64,000 nucleotides of DNA from a bacterium (lineage in GTDB: Bacteria; UBA8248), in the NCBI GenBank assembly GCA_965202625.1, contig CBDBBI010000010.1:672001-736000 (forward strand), written 5' to 3'. The notes below the pieces were generated by a model. That model was not told where the DNA came from. It worked only from the letters and a program-made list of their open reading frames with translations, and did no database searches. How positions within the stretch are numbered: the stretch's first letter is position 1; each line of letters begins with the position of its first letter. A program made the position numbers and the translations under genes. Of this stretch, positions 51,239 through 61,328 are shown in pieces.

Positions 51239-51510
51239 GGGACTTCTTCTCTCCCTCTCGGCACAAGAGAACAAACTGCGTGATTCGGAGAACGGGAAAT
51301 ATCGCCCCCGCTCTCCGAAGAAACAGGCAGAATTATTTAGAGCACCATTTCGGGCATTTTGCAATAATCCCGCATTCACGCCGCCTTCCACACAGGTGGA
51401 TTTATACATTTCCCTCCCTGGCCCCTGGTTGGCACGGACATCCCATCCAAACTATACTCCTCGCGCGTATCCGCCTTCACTGCTCAGCATCGGGAGGGGA
51501 GAGAAGCCTT

Positions 51511-52446
51511 GTGATAACGCTTCCCGAAATCGATCCGCCTCTGCTCAACGCCAGCGGCATTCTGAGCTATCCGGAAGTTTTCGCCGCCTTCGAGAATGCG
51601 GGCGCGCGCCTCGGCGGCTACGTCACGAAGTCGATCGGCCCCCGGGAGAAGCCGGGCAACGAGAATCCGGTGCTCGTCCACCCGTCGGGAGGTCCCGTTC
51701 TCAACTCCCTCGCCCTGCCGACGCAAAGCGCCGAGGACTGGGAGCGCGACCTTGAAGAAATACACCTGAAGAAAGCCAAACTCATCGTCTCCATCTACGG
51801 CGGAACACCCGATGAGTTCGCGCGCGTCGCCTCCCGCATGTCGAGATTCAGCGACGCCATTGAGGTGAACCTCGGATGTCCGAACAAAGAACCGGGCGAG
51901 CGCGCCATCATGGAGAGTATCGGCCAGAGTCCTGTCTTCTCGCGTGAGGTCATCAAGCACGTGCGCGGCGAGACGGACAAGCCCGTTATCGCGAAGCTCT
52001 CTCCCAACAGCGACTACATATCCGTGGCGGATTCATGTCTGGGCGCAGGGGCGGACGCTCTCGGCTGCGGAAACACTCTCGGTCCGGGGTTGGCCGTGGA
52101 CATCACGAGCCAAACGGCGATTCTCGCAGGCGTCACAGGCGGCATCAGCGGACCCGCGCTCAAACCCGTCAACCTACGCATGACCTATGAGGCATACGCG
52201 CGTTTTGAATGCCCTATCGTCGCATACGGCGGCATCGAAACCTGGGAGGATGGCGTCGAGTATATCCTGGCGGGGGCCTGCGTCCTTGGAATCGGCACCG
52301 CATTCATGCGAAAGAGCACGGAAGAGGCCGCCGCGCTCACCCACGATATCTGGGAGGGAGTGCAAAGGCACCTTGCCGACAGACCGATGTCCGCGCTCAT
52401 CGGCGGCGCGCACTGCGGCACCGCAGGAGATCGCTCTCATGCGTAG
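51511..52446 (+). CDS. pyrD: Dihydroorotate dehydrogenase family 1B catalytic subunit
   Basis: LNASG, TKS, GNENP, NLGCPN, KLSPN, GGISGPALKP, GGI. Confidence 0.88.
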   Translation: MITLPEIDPPLLNASGILSYPEVFAAFENAGARLGGYVTKSIGPREKPGNENPVLVHPSGGPVLNSLALPTQSAEDWERDLEEIHLKKAKLIVSIYGGTPDEFARVASRMSRFSDAIEVNLGCPNKEPGERAIMESIGQSPVFSREVIKHVRGETDKPVIAKLSPNSDYISVADSCLGAGADALGCGNTLGPGLAVDITSQTAILAGVTGGISGPALKPVNLRMTYEAYARFECPIVAYGGIETWEDGVEYILAGACVLGIGTAFMRKSTEEAAALTHDIWEGVQRHLADRPMSALIGGAHCGTAGDRSHA

Positions 52447-53167
52447 CCTCTTTCGGGTCGTGGAAAATCGCCGAGAAAGCGCGTGGACGCAGACGATTTT
52501 CTTCGATCAGGAGGTCTCGTCTAGGCCAGGGCAATTCATGATGGTCTGGCTGCCTCGCCTCGGAGAGAAGCCGTTTACGCTCTCCTACCCAAACGCCATC
52601 ACCGTGAAAAAGGCCGGCGCGTTCACCCGAAAGCTGGCCGCTCTCCAGGCTGGCGAGAACATAGGACTTCGAGGCCCTCTGGGCCAGGGATATCCACCCC
52701 TCGAAAAGCCCGTGTTGATCGGCGGCGGGGTGGGGATCGCCGAACTCAGACTACTCGCCCTCGTCTCGGAGGAGCCTTCTTTCGTCCTGGGCGGCGCAAC
52801 GGCGGACGAGATTTTATTCTATAAGGAATTCCAGGAGTTGGGGCCTATCCGCGTCGCCACTGAAGACGGCACTCTCGGGAAGAAAGGCCTAGTCACCGAC
52901 TTGCTGCCGGTCGAAGCGAGGAGCTACGCCCTCTGCGGGCCGGAGCGCATGATGGCTGCGTGCCTGCCTATGCTTCCAATGGAGCGGACATACCTCGCCC
53001 TTGAGCGATACATGAAATGCGCCGTGGGTCTATGCGGCCAATGCACCTGCTCCGGCTGGCGCGTATGCACAGACGGTCCCGTATTCTCGGCTTCAAGCGT
53101 CGCGCGGATGGCGGATTTTGGAAAGCGCAGACGCTCGAAGAGCGGAACTTGGGAGAAGGTTTCATAG
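52439..53167 (+). CDS. pyrK: Dihydroorotate dehydrogenase electron transfer subunit
   Basis: PGQFMMVW, RGPLG, GGGVGIA, CGPERMM, ERYMKCAVGLCGQC, CTDGPVF. Confidence 0.92.
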   Translation: MRSLFRVVENRRESAWTQTIFFDQEVSSRPGQFMMVWLPRLGEKPFTLSYPNAITVKKAGAFTRKLAALQAGENIGLRGPLGQGYPPLEKPVLIGGGVGIAELRLLALVSEEPSFVLGGATADEILFYKEFQELGPIRVATEDGTLGKKGLVTDLLPVEARSYALCGPERMMAACLPMLPMERTYLALERYMKCAVGLCGQCTCSGWRVCTDGPVFSASSVARMADFGKRRRSKSGTWEKVS

Positions 53168-53351
53168 ATAACAGATATGGGTTCGCCATATTTTCCCGAG
53201 CGGCAGAAAGTTGTCCGTCCGCTCTTCTCAGGTTTCATAGAGGCGGTTCGCCGTATCTTCCCAAAATGCCCCGCCTGTGCTTATAATCAGGCGAAGGTGT
53301 TAAAAGGCAAAGGCTTCATCGCATCCACGAGACCCCGACGGAGGGCAGGCT

Positions 53352-54113
53352 ATCCAATTTCGTGTGTTGGGCTGCTTCGGCGGGAAAGCGCCCGGATGTG
53401 ACCTGACGTCTTTTCTGCTCAACGAAGAGTTGTTGGTAGAGGGCGGATCCGCCGCTTCGAGCCTCAGCATCCAGGAGCAGGCCGGGCTGACCGGCGTGGT
53501 GATATCCCACGCGCATCTGGATCACGTCGGAGAGTTGCCCTACATCGCCGACAACATCTTCGGGCTTCGGGAGGATTCGCTGCAAATCATGGGCGCGCGT
53601 GAAGTCTTGAACGAGATGAGAAACTCCATCTTCAACAACGCCATCTGGCCGGATTTTTGCGCCATACGCCACAAAGACAAGCCGATACTCGACTTCGTCC
53701 CCATCCAGGAGAACGAGGCACACTCATGCGACGGAATCCAGATTACCGCGCATGCGGTGAACCATGCGACGACCACCTTCGGCTTTGTTTTTCAGGACAC
53801 CGAGAGAGCACTACTCTACACCAGCGACACCGGGCCCACGGAGGCCATCTGGCGAGGCGGCCTCAAGGCGCGCAACCTGCGCGCGATCATCACCGAGATC
53901 TCGTTTCCGAATAAGATGGAGGAACTCGCGCGCCTCACCAGACACATGACGCCCACCCTGCTTCAGGAGGAGATGCGCAAGATGCCGCCGGAAATCCCCG
54001 TCTACATCTATCATCTCAAGACGCAGTATTACGAGGAGACGAAGGGGGAAATCGAGGCGCTGAAAGAGCCGAGGATCCAGCTGCTCGAACAGGGAAAAAC
54101 ATATCACCTATAG
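53352..54113 (+). CDS. Class II cyclic-nucleotide phosphodiesterase / MBL-fold hydrolase
   Basis: RVLGCFGG, SHAHLDH, IFNNAIWPDF, VNH, SDTGP, EISFPN, HMTP, YHLK; probable ATC start at 53352 (track uses GTG 53364). Confidence 0.9.
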   Translation: MQFRVLGCFGGKAPGCDLTSFLLNEELLVEGGSAASSLSIQEQAGLTGVVISHAHLDHVGELPYIADNIFGLREDSLQIMGAREVLNEMRNSIFNNAIWPDFCAIRHKDKPILDFVPIQENEAHSCDGIQITAHAVNHATTTFGFVFQDTERALLYTSDTGPTEAIWRGGLKARNLRAIITEISFPNKMEELARLTRHMTPTLLQEEMRKMPPEIPVYIYHLKTQYYEETKGEIEALKEPRIQLLEQGKTYHL

Positions 54114-54187
54114 TGCGTTTGTGCTCAAGCGGGACGAGGCCGCTCCGCAGTGGGCGATGAGAAAGGGAGGCGGCCTGAAGAACGGAG

Positions 54188-54514
54188 ATGGGGGCATCAG
54201 TTAGGCAACGCGGGCCTGAGCGTGAGGAAGCGCCGCCGAGGTCACTTGCCTTAAGAGGAGATATTTTCTTGCAAGACGTCGAGGCGCAAAGGAAGAACAG
54301 CCGCATTCTGACCGAGAGAATCAGCCGTATTCTGGCCGGAGATATCGCGGGCGTCGATGCGGACATTCGCTACACCTATCAGGACGGGGGCTTTCGGCTT
54401 TGGTGGGGGGAACGAGGAGACCCGGACACTACGGCCCACATTACCTTCGAACAAATCGCCGCGCTGAACAACGAGGAGTTGCGCCAAGTCATCCGCTCAT
54501 CCGTCATCGGCTAG
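54188..54514 (+). CDS. Hypothetical protein
   Basis: GGAG RBS, 108 aa, protein-like composition, no recognised motif. Confidence 0.6.
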   Translation: MGASVRQRGPEREEAPPRSLALRGDIFLQDVEAQRKNSRILTERISRILAGDIAGVDADIRYTYQDGGFRLWWGERGDPDTTAHITFEQIAALNNEELRQVIRSSVIG

Positions 54515-54833
54515 GAGCGTATTCCGACCCCGAGGGGCGTCCATACGTTTTTCAGACCCTAGGCGTCGTCCGCCTTCCGGTCGCGTTTCTCTCCGCCAAA
54601 GCACCCATCTCCGCAGACGAATCCTATTCCGATCAGGAAAGTGTGCAAACGCCTGAAAGCATGGAGGGGAGGGAGGAGTTGAAAATCCATTATTTTTCAA
54701 ATTTTTAGAGGTGAAATTGAAAGTAAAAAATAAAATATCACGCGCGCGGATCGGTTTTGGTTCCGTGTGAAGGCGGCACGGAACGACGATTCTGGGTTAC
54801 GGAATGGCGACGCCATTTGGTTTTTCTGAAAGG

Positions 54834-55718
54834 CTAGGCGATGTTGGCGAGCTCCTGGTAAATTCGAAATATCGAGCTTCCGTCCTCGTGCTGCCTGCCC
54901 TTGCTTCTCTGTGCCATGTAGAGATGCTCCAGCAAGCCTCCAAGCGGTACGGGGACGTCGAGGTCCTTGGCGGAGGCGATCGCGCATTCGAGGTCTTTCA
55001 AGACTATCCATATCGGGCCGGATTCCGGAAAATTGCCGGCTAGCATGTCCGCGCCCCGAACGTCGAGCACGTTGGAACCCGCCGCCCCGGAGCACAACGT
55101 TTCGAGCATGACCTCCTTGGGTATCCCCGCCTTCAGACCAAGCGTGAGCCCCTCGCTCGCCCCCGCCATGTTGATGAACAACACCAGATTCACCACGAGC
55201 TTGAGCTGGGCGGCGAGCCCGTTTTCCTCGCTCACGAAAACCGTCTTCTTGCCGATGGCGTCAAAGGCAGGCCGCGCCTTCTCGAAAGCAGCTCTCGGCC
55301 CAGCCGCCATTACCACGAGGTCCTTCACGGCGGCCTGTTTGCCAACGCCGCTCACCGGACAATCGAGCCAGTGGACGCCCCTCTCCCCCGCCTTCTTCGC
55401 CATGGCTTTGGAGAATTTCGGCGGAACCGTGCTCATATCGGCGATTACGCCTTCGGCGGACGTCCCCTCCAGAACCCCCTCCTCTCCCGTCACCGCCTCT
55501 TCCACGACCTTGTAGTTCGGCAACGACGTCATCACCAGATCGGCGCCGGCGGCGGCATCCGCCGGCGAGGAGGCGCGGCGCAGGTCCCTCCCCTCGAATT
55601 TCTCATACGCCGCATCGAGCGGGTCGTAGCCCGCCACTTCCATTCCGGCGTCCAACATGTGTCCTGCAAAGGCACCCCCCATCACGCCCAGACCCACCAC
55701 TCCCACTCTCATGCCCAC
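54834..55718 (-). CDS. Beta-hydroxyacid dehydrogenase (HIBADH/tartronate semialdehyde reductase family)
   Basis: VGLGVMG, DMSTV, DCPVSG, LKLVVN, KDL. Confidence 0.92.
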   Translation of the reverse strand: MGMRVGVVGLGVMGGAFAGHMLDAGMEVAGYDPLDAAYEKFEGRDLRRASSPADAAAGADLVMTSLPNYKVVEEAVTGEEGVLEGTSAEGVIADMSTVPPKFSKAMAKKAGERGVHWLDCPVSGVGKQAAVKDLVVMAAGPRAAFEKARPAFDAIGKKTVFVSEENGLAAQLKLVVNLVLFINMAGASEGLTLGLKAGIPKEVMLETLCSGAAGSNVLDVRGADMLAGNFPESGPIWIVLKDLECAIASAKDLDVPVPLGGLLEHLYMAQRSKGRQHEDGSSIFRIYQELANIA

Positions 55719-55802
55719 GGCTTATGCTCCTCCCCTGGTGCGGCGGCGGAGGATGAACCCGCCCGCCGGCATCGAAGATGAAAAATGCGCATTCGCGCAT
55801 CG

Positions 55803-56110
55803 TTAATGAATCACGTAGCCGCCATCCACTACGAGGTTGCGTCCCTGAAAGAAAGAGACGTCCTCTGGTCCCAAGAAACACGGCCTGAGCGATTTCCATC
55901 GGCACGTTCGCCATGCACTTGGGCACGCCCCTGCGATGTTTCGTAGGCGTGCTTAGATACTCCGTCGCCATCGGTCCCGGTTTGACGGCGTTCACCAAAT
56001 GTTCTCGCGCACGAGTTCGAGCCCCATGGAGCGTGCAAGTGGAATCCGCCTCGCCTTGGTCGTGCTGCAGAACGCGGGCGCGCGAGGGTCCTCTTGCCAT
56101 CAAAGAGACG
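55803..56110 (-). pseudogene. Short-chain dehydrogenase/reductase remnant
   Basis: Frame-broken fragments STTKA, ARSMGLEL, VNAVKPGPMAT, EIAQAVF, GRNLVVDGGYVIH*. Confidence 0.7.
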
Positions 56111-56196
56111 CCAACAGAGTTTCTCCGCCGCAAGAGTTGGGCTATATTCATCCACGAAGCGACGCCGCGCGACGCAGATCAAAGGAGAATCGCATC

Positions 56197-56769
56197 ATGC
56201 CCCGACCAAAGACGCCGTTTGAAGGGTTGCAGCACGTCGCCATCAAGGTTTCGGACATTGCAGAATCCCTCAGGTTCTACACCCGGATTCTCGGCTTCAT
56301 CCTCACGGAACGCCACGATCCGGGCGAGCACCCCACCCTGGACGTAGGGCTTTGCTTCCTGCGATGCGACGCGCTTCATCACGATTTGAACCTAGTATAT
56401 CACACGGGCGCGCAGCCCGCCCTCACGAGACTGAAAACGGACGACCAGGGCCCTGTCAAGGATCTGGGGTTGCATCATTTCGCGTTGCAGGTGAAAAACC
56501 GGGAAGAGTTCCGCGCCTGGAGAGAGTGGCTGGAGGAGTGCGGGGTCAAAATCGTTCGCGGTCCCCTCGTTCACAGCCCTACGCATCCGGAGGGGGACGG
56601 GACATGGGGCGAGAACCGGGCCATGTATTTTTGCGATCCCGATGGGCACCGAATCGAAATTTTTTGCGACCTGGCCAGAATGGACGAAGCCAACAGCATC
56701 GACAAACGATGGTATGAGAATCGCCTCCGCCAGGAGGGAATCAACTCCACCTCGCACCCGACCGAATAG
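56197..56769 (+). CDS. VOC/glyoxalase (extradiol dioxygenase-like) protein
   Basis: LQHVAIKV, HHDL, GLHHFA, YFCDPDGHRIE; AAGGAG RBS. Confidence 0.9.
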   Translation: MPRPKTPFEGLQHVAIKVSDIAESLRFYTRILGFILTERHDPGEHPTLDVGLCFLRCDALHHDLNLVYHTGAQPALTRLKTDDQGPVKDLGLHHFALQVKNREEFRAWREWLEECGVKIVRGPLVHSPTHPEGDGTWGENRAMYFCDPDGHRIEIFCDLARMDEANSIDKRWYENRLRQEGINSTSHPTE

Positions 56770-56948
56770 CCGCATGATGCCCCTTCAGTTCCCTGTAGAG
56801 GCGTCCCGGAATCACGATCCTGGGTGTGCGGAATGACGCGCTATGGACGCGCGGCTGCCCGGTACTGCGTTCCGCGTGAAGGCGCGACGGAGGCGCAGGG
56901 TGCTGAGCCACCACCCCCAAGGAGGCGCTCTTCCATGGACGAGACGAC

Positions 56949-58712
56949 GTGAGCTGGAAAAATTTTCGTATTCGGCTTCTCCGCTGGCTGCTTCATTTCA
57001 ATTTCTCCGACAACGGCATCTTCTACCTCACCACCATCATCGTAGGAGCGTTTACCGGACTCGTCGCCGTCTTCTTCCACCTCGCCCTGGGCTGGACGCA
57101 TTTCCTCCTCTTCGGCTCCCACGACCTTTCTGCGATTCATCGCGCTTGGTACTGGGTGGCACTGATACCCGCAGGGGGCGCTTTCGTTTCCGCCCTGTTT
57201 CTCCAATACGTCGCGCCCGAGGCGCGGGGCAGCGGCATCCCGCAGACGAAAATCGCCTACGTCGCCCGGAACGGCCACATCGAGAAGCGCGTATGGATGG
57301 GCAAGTTCCTCGTCGGACTTCTCAACATCGGCTCAGGCTCCAGCCTGGGGCGCGAAGGCCCCACCGTGCAAATTTGCTCGGGCGCGGCGAGCTGGATCGG
57401 CGAAACGTTCTCGCTATCAAGAAGACGCGTGCAGGCACTCGTTCCGGTAGGGTGCGCCGCCGCCCTGGCCGCCGCGTTCAACACGCCGATCGCCGCCGTC
57501 TCCTTCACGCTTGAGGAACTCGTGGGCGACCTCAACGCGCGGGTTCTAGGCTCCATCGTTTTCGCCGCCGTCTCCGCCTCCGTCGTCGCGCGCGCCATTC
57601 TCGGCAACAAGCCCGTGTTCTCCGTGCCGGCCTACTCGCTGGGCAACCCTCTGGAGCTGCTCCTCTACGCCCTGGTGGGCGTGGTCTGCGCGCTCATCGG
57701 CGTGGCGTTCGTCAAGGGTTTGCTGCTCATACGCGGGCGATGGAAGCGCCTGGGAGGATTGAGGGGGGTTCTCGCCACCGGACTGGGCGGTCTGGTCGTC
57801 GGCGTCATCGGCATCTGGTTTCCCGAGGTGTTCGCCGTGGGCTACCCCGCCGTGAGCAACGCGCTCACGCACAGCTACTCCCTGCCCTTTCTCTTGGCTC
57901 TGCTCGCACTCAAGCTCATCGCCACCATGGTGTCCTACGGCACCGGCTCCTCAGGCGGCATCTTCGCCCCCACCCTGTTTCTGGGCGCCATGGCCGGAGG
58001 CGCCGTGGCGTCCCTCGCCGAGCTCGTGCTCCCCGGCTTCGTCGCCCACCCGGGCGGATACGCGCTCGTGGGCATGGGCGCGGCTTTCGCCGCCATCATC
58101 CGCGCGCCCATGACGTCGGTTCTCATCATCTTCGAGCTCACGCAGGACTACAACATCATTCTCGCGCTCATGGCGGCCAACGCCATATCCTTGGGTCTGG
58201 CGCGATACTGGCATCCGGAGCCGATATACAGCGCCCTCTCCTCCCAAGACGGAGTCGGACTTCCTGATTACGAGACAGAACACCTCCTGCACGAGATTCA
58301 CGTGTCAGACGCCATGATCAGGAACGTCGTCACCCTGCCCGAGGACATCACTATAGGGGAGGCGATAGAGAGAACGAAAGAGAGCGACATCTCCGGATTT
58401 CCCGTCCTGGACGCGCGAGGGAAGCTCTGCGGCATGGCGAGCAGATATGACTTCAGCCAGGCGGAAGCCGCCGGCGCCCTGCCAAAAAACATCAGCGAAA
58501 TTTCTCGAAAAAAATACGTCATGCACGCGCATCCGGATCAGTCGCTCGATTCGGTGATGGCCAAGCTAGGCGACAGGCGCATCTCGCGCCTGCCCGTGGT
58601 GAGCCGGGAGGATCCGACCGCGCTGCTGGGAATCATCACGGCCGAGGACGTGATTTACGCTTTCGGCAAAGTGTGGAATGATCGAGCGTTACATCATCGC
58701 GATCCCGTCTAG
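56949..58712 (+). CDS. ClC Cl-/H+ antiporter with CBS pair
   Basis: GSGIP, GREGP (gating Glu), LEE (proton Glu), GIFAP, IY; two CBS domains. Confidence 0.95.
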   Translation: MSWKNFRIRLLRWLLHFNFSDNGIFYLTTIIVGAFTGLVAVFFHLALGWTHFLLFGSHDLSAIHRAWYWVALIPAGGAFVSALFLQYVAPEARGSGIPQTKIAYVARNGHIEKRVWMGKFLVGLLNIGSGSSLGREGPTVQICSGAASWIGETFSLSRRRVQALVPVGCAAALAAAFNTPIAAVSFTLEELVGDLNARVLGSIVFAAVSASVVARAILGNKPVFSVPAYSLGNPLELLLYALVGVVCALIGVAFVKGLLLIRGRWKRLGGLRGVLATGLGGLVVGVIGIWFPEVFAVGYPAVSNALTHSYSLPFLLALLALKLIATMVSYGTGSSGGIFAPTLFLGAMAGGAVASLAELVLPGFVAHPGGYALVGMGAAFAAIIRAPMTSVLIIFELTQDYNIILALMAANAISLGLARYWHPEPIYSALSSQDGVGLPDYETEHLLHEIHVSDAMIRNVVTLPEDITIGEAIERTKESDISGFPVLDARGKLCGMASRYDFSQAEAAGALPKNISEISRKKYVMHAHPDQSLDSVMAKLGDRRISRLPVVSREDPTALLGIITAEDVIYAFGKVWNDRALHHRDPV

Positions 58713-58919
58713 ACGACGCCCCCGCGAATGCGTTTCGGTGGGTGGGATGGGTGACGCGGATCGCGCTTCATGGGCTTGGAAAATCACAGGGAGCACGTCG
58801 CCCCGCCGTCATTTTCGGCTTAAGGGCGCAAGTCCCGTTCGTCAGGAAGCCCCGAAAAAGTAGCGGGCCGCGTTGGCGGAGCTCGCCTATGCGATGCGGA
58901 CGGTCGCCATTTCGGGCAA

Positions 58920-59624
58920 GTGGAAATCCGGAATCCAGAAATCGGCAACGCGACGATGAACGCGCGAAATCCAGCCACCTTGCTGCCGAGCGGCCAGCCT
59001 TTTTGGCTCAAGAAGATCGTTCAGGCCGTTTTGGTGCTCTCCTACGGCGGAGTGGACGTCCATGGCATGGACAACGTTCCGGACGATGGTCCGTTGCTCG
59101 TCGCCTCCAATCATCGAAGCTACCTCGACCCCGTGATTCTCGGCGCTTTCCTGCCGAGGCGGGTGTATCACATGGGCAAGCAGGAGATTTTTCGCAATCC
59201 TCTGTGCGCCAGGTTCCTCACTTTTTTCGGCGGCTTTCCCGTGAACAGGGAAAGCCCGCGCCCCAGCACCTTCAGAACGGCCCTCAGACTTCTGGACATG
59301 AACGCAGCGGTCGTAATTTTTCCGGAGGGCGGCATCGTGAATTCCATGCTCGAGACGGGGATGAAAGAAGGCGTCGCCGCTCTTGCCGCCATAAGCCGCG
59401 CCCCCGTTCTTCCGGTCTATATCGGGGGTTCCGACTCCCTGGTTCGCCTGGGGGGAATTCTCTATCCATGGCTCGCCATTTGGGTGGGCGAGGTTATCCG
59501 GCCGGTAGCGGAGAAAGACGGCGGAAAAAGGGAAAATCGCAAGGATCTGTCCAAAAGAATCGCGCAGGCGTTCTCTCGACTGGAGGCGGATTTTCTGGCT
59601 GCGCAAAAGAGAAAAAAATTGTGA
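58920..59624 (+). CDS. plsC: 1-acyl-sn-glycerol-3-phosphate acyltransferase
   Basis: NHRSYLD, FPVNR, IFPEG, VLPV; start uncertain (58920 or 58956). Confidence 0.88.
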   Translation: MEIRNPEIGNATMNARNPATLLPSGQPFWLKKIVQAVLVLSYGGVDVHGMDNVPDDGPLLVASNHRSYLDPVILGAFLPRRVYHMGKQEIFRNPLCARFLTFFGGFPVNRESPRPSTFRTALRLLDMNAAVVIFPEGGIVNSMLETGMKEGVAALAAISRAPVLPVYIGGSDSLVRLGGILYPWLAIWVGEVIRPVAEKDGGKRENRKDLSKRIAQAFSRLEADFLAAQKRKKL

Positions 59625-59836
59625 ACGGGCGGGGACGCCTCTGAAATTTCGCAACCTGTGGGCCCATTAGACGCGCAGCGGGAAGGAGTGTGCAGGCCGT
59701 CATTCCCGCGAAAGCTGAAACCTAGGGCGGAGGCGAAGGATGCGCGCGCGGCCCGGCTCCCGTGTAAAGATCTTTGGGGGGCAGACCTGCCGATCCGCCC
59801 CCCAAAGATAAAACCCTTCAAACGAAACCCGGATGC

Positions 59837-61219
59837 TTAGAAACTATACTGAAGTCCGAGCTGAAGGCGCGTGGCATCTCCGTCCTGATCGTCGTTCGTA
59901 TCGCGCGAACCTCTGATGAACTCGATGCCGGCCCGCACTTTCGGCGCCGGATCCCACCACAAGTTGGCGTGAAGCGTCCGAAGACTCTCGCTGTGCTCGC
60001 CCGCGAACGTCTCTTTAGCGCTATCGTCGAAATCGTTTTCCACCCAGCCGTAATACACGTTGGAAGTCAGGGTGTCGGTCCAGCGGTGTCTGATGCCAAA
60101 GAATCCGCCCATGGAATCCACCGCATCCAGATTGCCATGGATATCCCGCGTGGCGGCGATGCCCGCGCCTTGCATGTAGAACCCCATGGCGCCCTTGCCC
60201 GCATTGAACGTCGCCATCAGCTGGGTGCCGCTCAGCACGTTGACGTGCGCGCCCACGTGAACACCATAGGTGGTCAGGTCATCATCGTTGTCCTCGTCGC
60301 GAATCTGGCCCACCACGCCGGCCAGGTTGACGGCGCCCCAGGACGGCCGCCAGCGCAAAGCCCCCAGAAGGTTCGGCAATCGATCCTGAGAACCGGTTAC
60401 ACCTGGAGAGAATGTGTCTAATTCTTCATCGTCTGATGTACCCAACACTTCATCGTTTCCTGGTGCTATGTCTCTTACTCCGTGCAGGATACGCGGGCTG
60501 GAGGGATCGTCAAGCGCGACCTGTGCGGTGAGGCCCTGCCCCATCGACCAGGTGTAGCGCAGCTGCGGCTGGCGCGCGAAAATCATGCCCACCGGTCCGT
60601 AAAAGTCCACCGTGTCGGCGTAGGTATCTTCATCCTGGAGAATCGTCCAGGCCTGGCCCGCCAGGACCGGTCCGAGGGTGGCGTAGGCGTGACGCATGCG
60701 CAAGCCGGCGGAGTTGTCTCTGCCGCTGCCGAAGAAATCCGTTTCAATGCGCGTTTTCAATGTGCCTATTGGCGTCGGCGTCAGGCTGTCGAAGCGGAGG
60801 CGCGTTTGTCTGGCGTGCATGGAGAAGCTGCGCACATCCTCGGTGCCATCCAGCGGAATGCCACTCGGGTTGCCGCCGACAAAAAAGTCAGGGCCAGCGT
60901 CGTAATCTAGATCGTAGATGGCGTCGAGTTTGACGTACCCGCTGAAGGAGACGGACGTGTTGCTGCCCGGCATCTTCCAGGAGCCGGGAAAATCACCCGT
61001 AGCCACAGCTTTTTCGTTCGCAATTTTACTCTCCAGGGCCCTCATCTTTTGTTGCCGATTTTCTATATCCTGGAGACGCTCCTGAAGGGCTTTTATCTGC
61101 GCCTTCAGGTCGTCCAACTCCGTCCCAGCCGCCGGCGCGGCGAACAGCGCGAACGCCATTCCCAATGGCAGGAGCACATGGCCTATGCGCCTTGCCCCTC
61201 TCCACATCCTCTCCCTCAT
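59837..61219 (-). CDS. DcaP-family outer-membrane porin
   Basis: Signal peptide, coiled coil, GYVKLD, ARQTRL, IETDF, RMRHAY, LAGQ, RQPQLRY, terminal YSF. Confidence 0.9.
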   Translation of the reverse strand: MRERMWRGARRIGHVLLPLGMAFALFAAPAAGTELDDLKAQIKALQERLQDIENRQQKMRALESKIANEKAVATGDFPGSWKMPGSNTSVSFSGYVKLDAIYDLDYDAGPDFFVGGNPSGIPLDGTEDVRSFSMHARQTRLRFDSLTPTPIGTLKTRIETDFFGSGRDNSAGLRMRHAYATLGPVLAGQAWTILQDEDTYADTVDFYGPVGMIFARQPQLRYTWSMGQGLTAQVALDDPSSPRILHGVRDIAPGNDEVLGTSDDEELDTFSPGVTGSQDRLPNLLGALRWRPSWGAVNLAGVVGQIRDEDNDDDLTTYGVHVGAHVNVLSGTQLMATFNAGKGAMGFYMQGAGIAATRDIHGNLDAVDSMGGFFGIRHRWTDTLTSNVYYGWVENDFDDSAKETFAGEHSESLRTLHANLWWDPAPKVRAGIEFIRGSRDTNDDQDGDATRLQLGLQYSF

Positions 61220-61239
61220 ATCTTTCTCCCTCCTCCGTT

Positions 61240-61272
61240 AAAAAAAAAACCAAAAGCTCCACAGCCGGGAGC
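61240..61272 (-). terminator. Terminator-like hairpin in porin 5' region
   Basis: GCTCC-CGGCTGT-GGAGC followed by TTTTGG and T10, directly before the GGAGG RBS. Confidence 0.5.
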
Positions 61273-61298
61273 ATAGAAGCATGGTGAGTAAAGCGCAC

Positions 61299-61328
61299 AT
61301 TTTAACACAGGACGCGCATTTCTGTAAA
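61299..61328 (-). promoter_or_regulatory. Putative sigma70 promoter of the porin
   Basis: TTTACA-18 nt-TAAAAT with extended TG. Confidence 0.5.

Noticed and set aside
51511-53167. pyrD before pyrK
   Set aside because: Reverse of the common order but a minor variation with no functional implication visible
58742-58919. N-terminal extension or gene remnant upstream of plsC
   Set aside because: No motif I can support; the 300-aa ORF is an alternate frame of plsC
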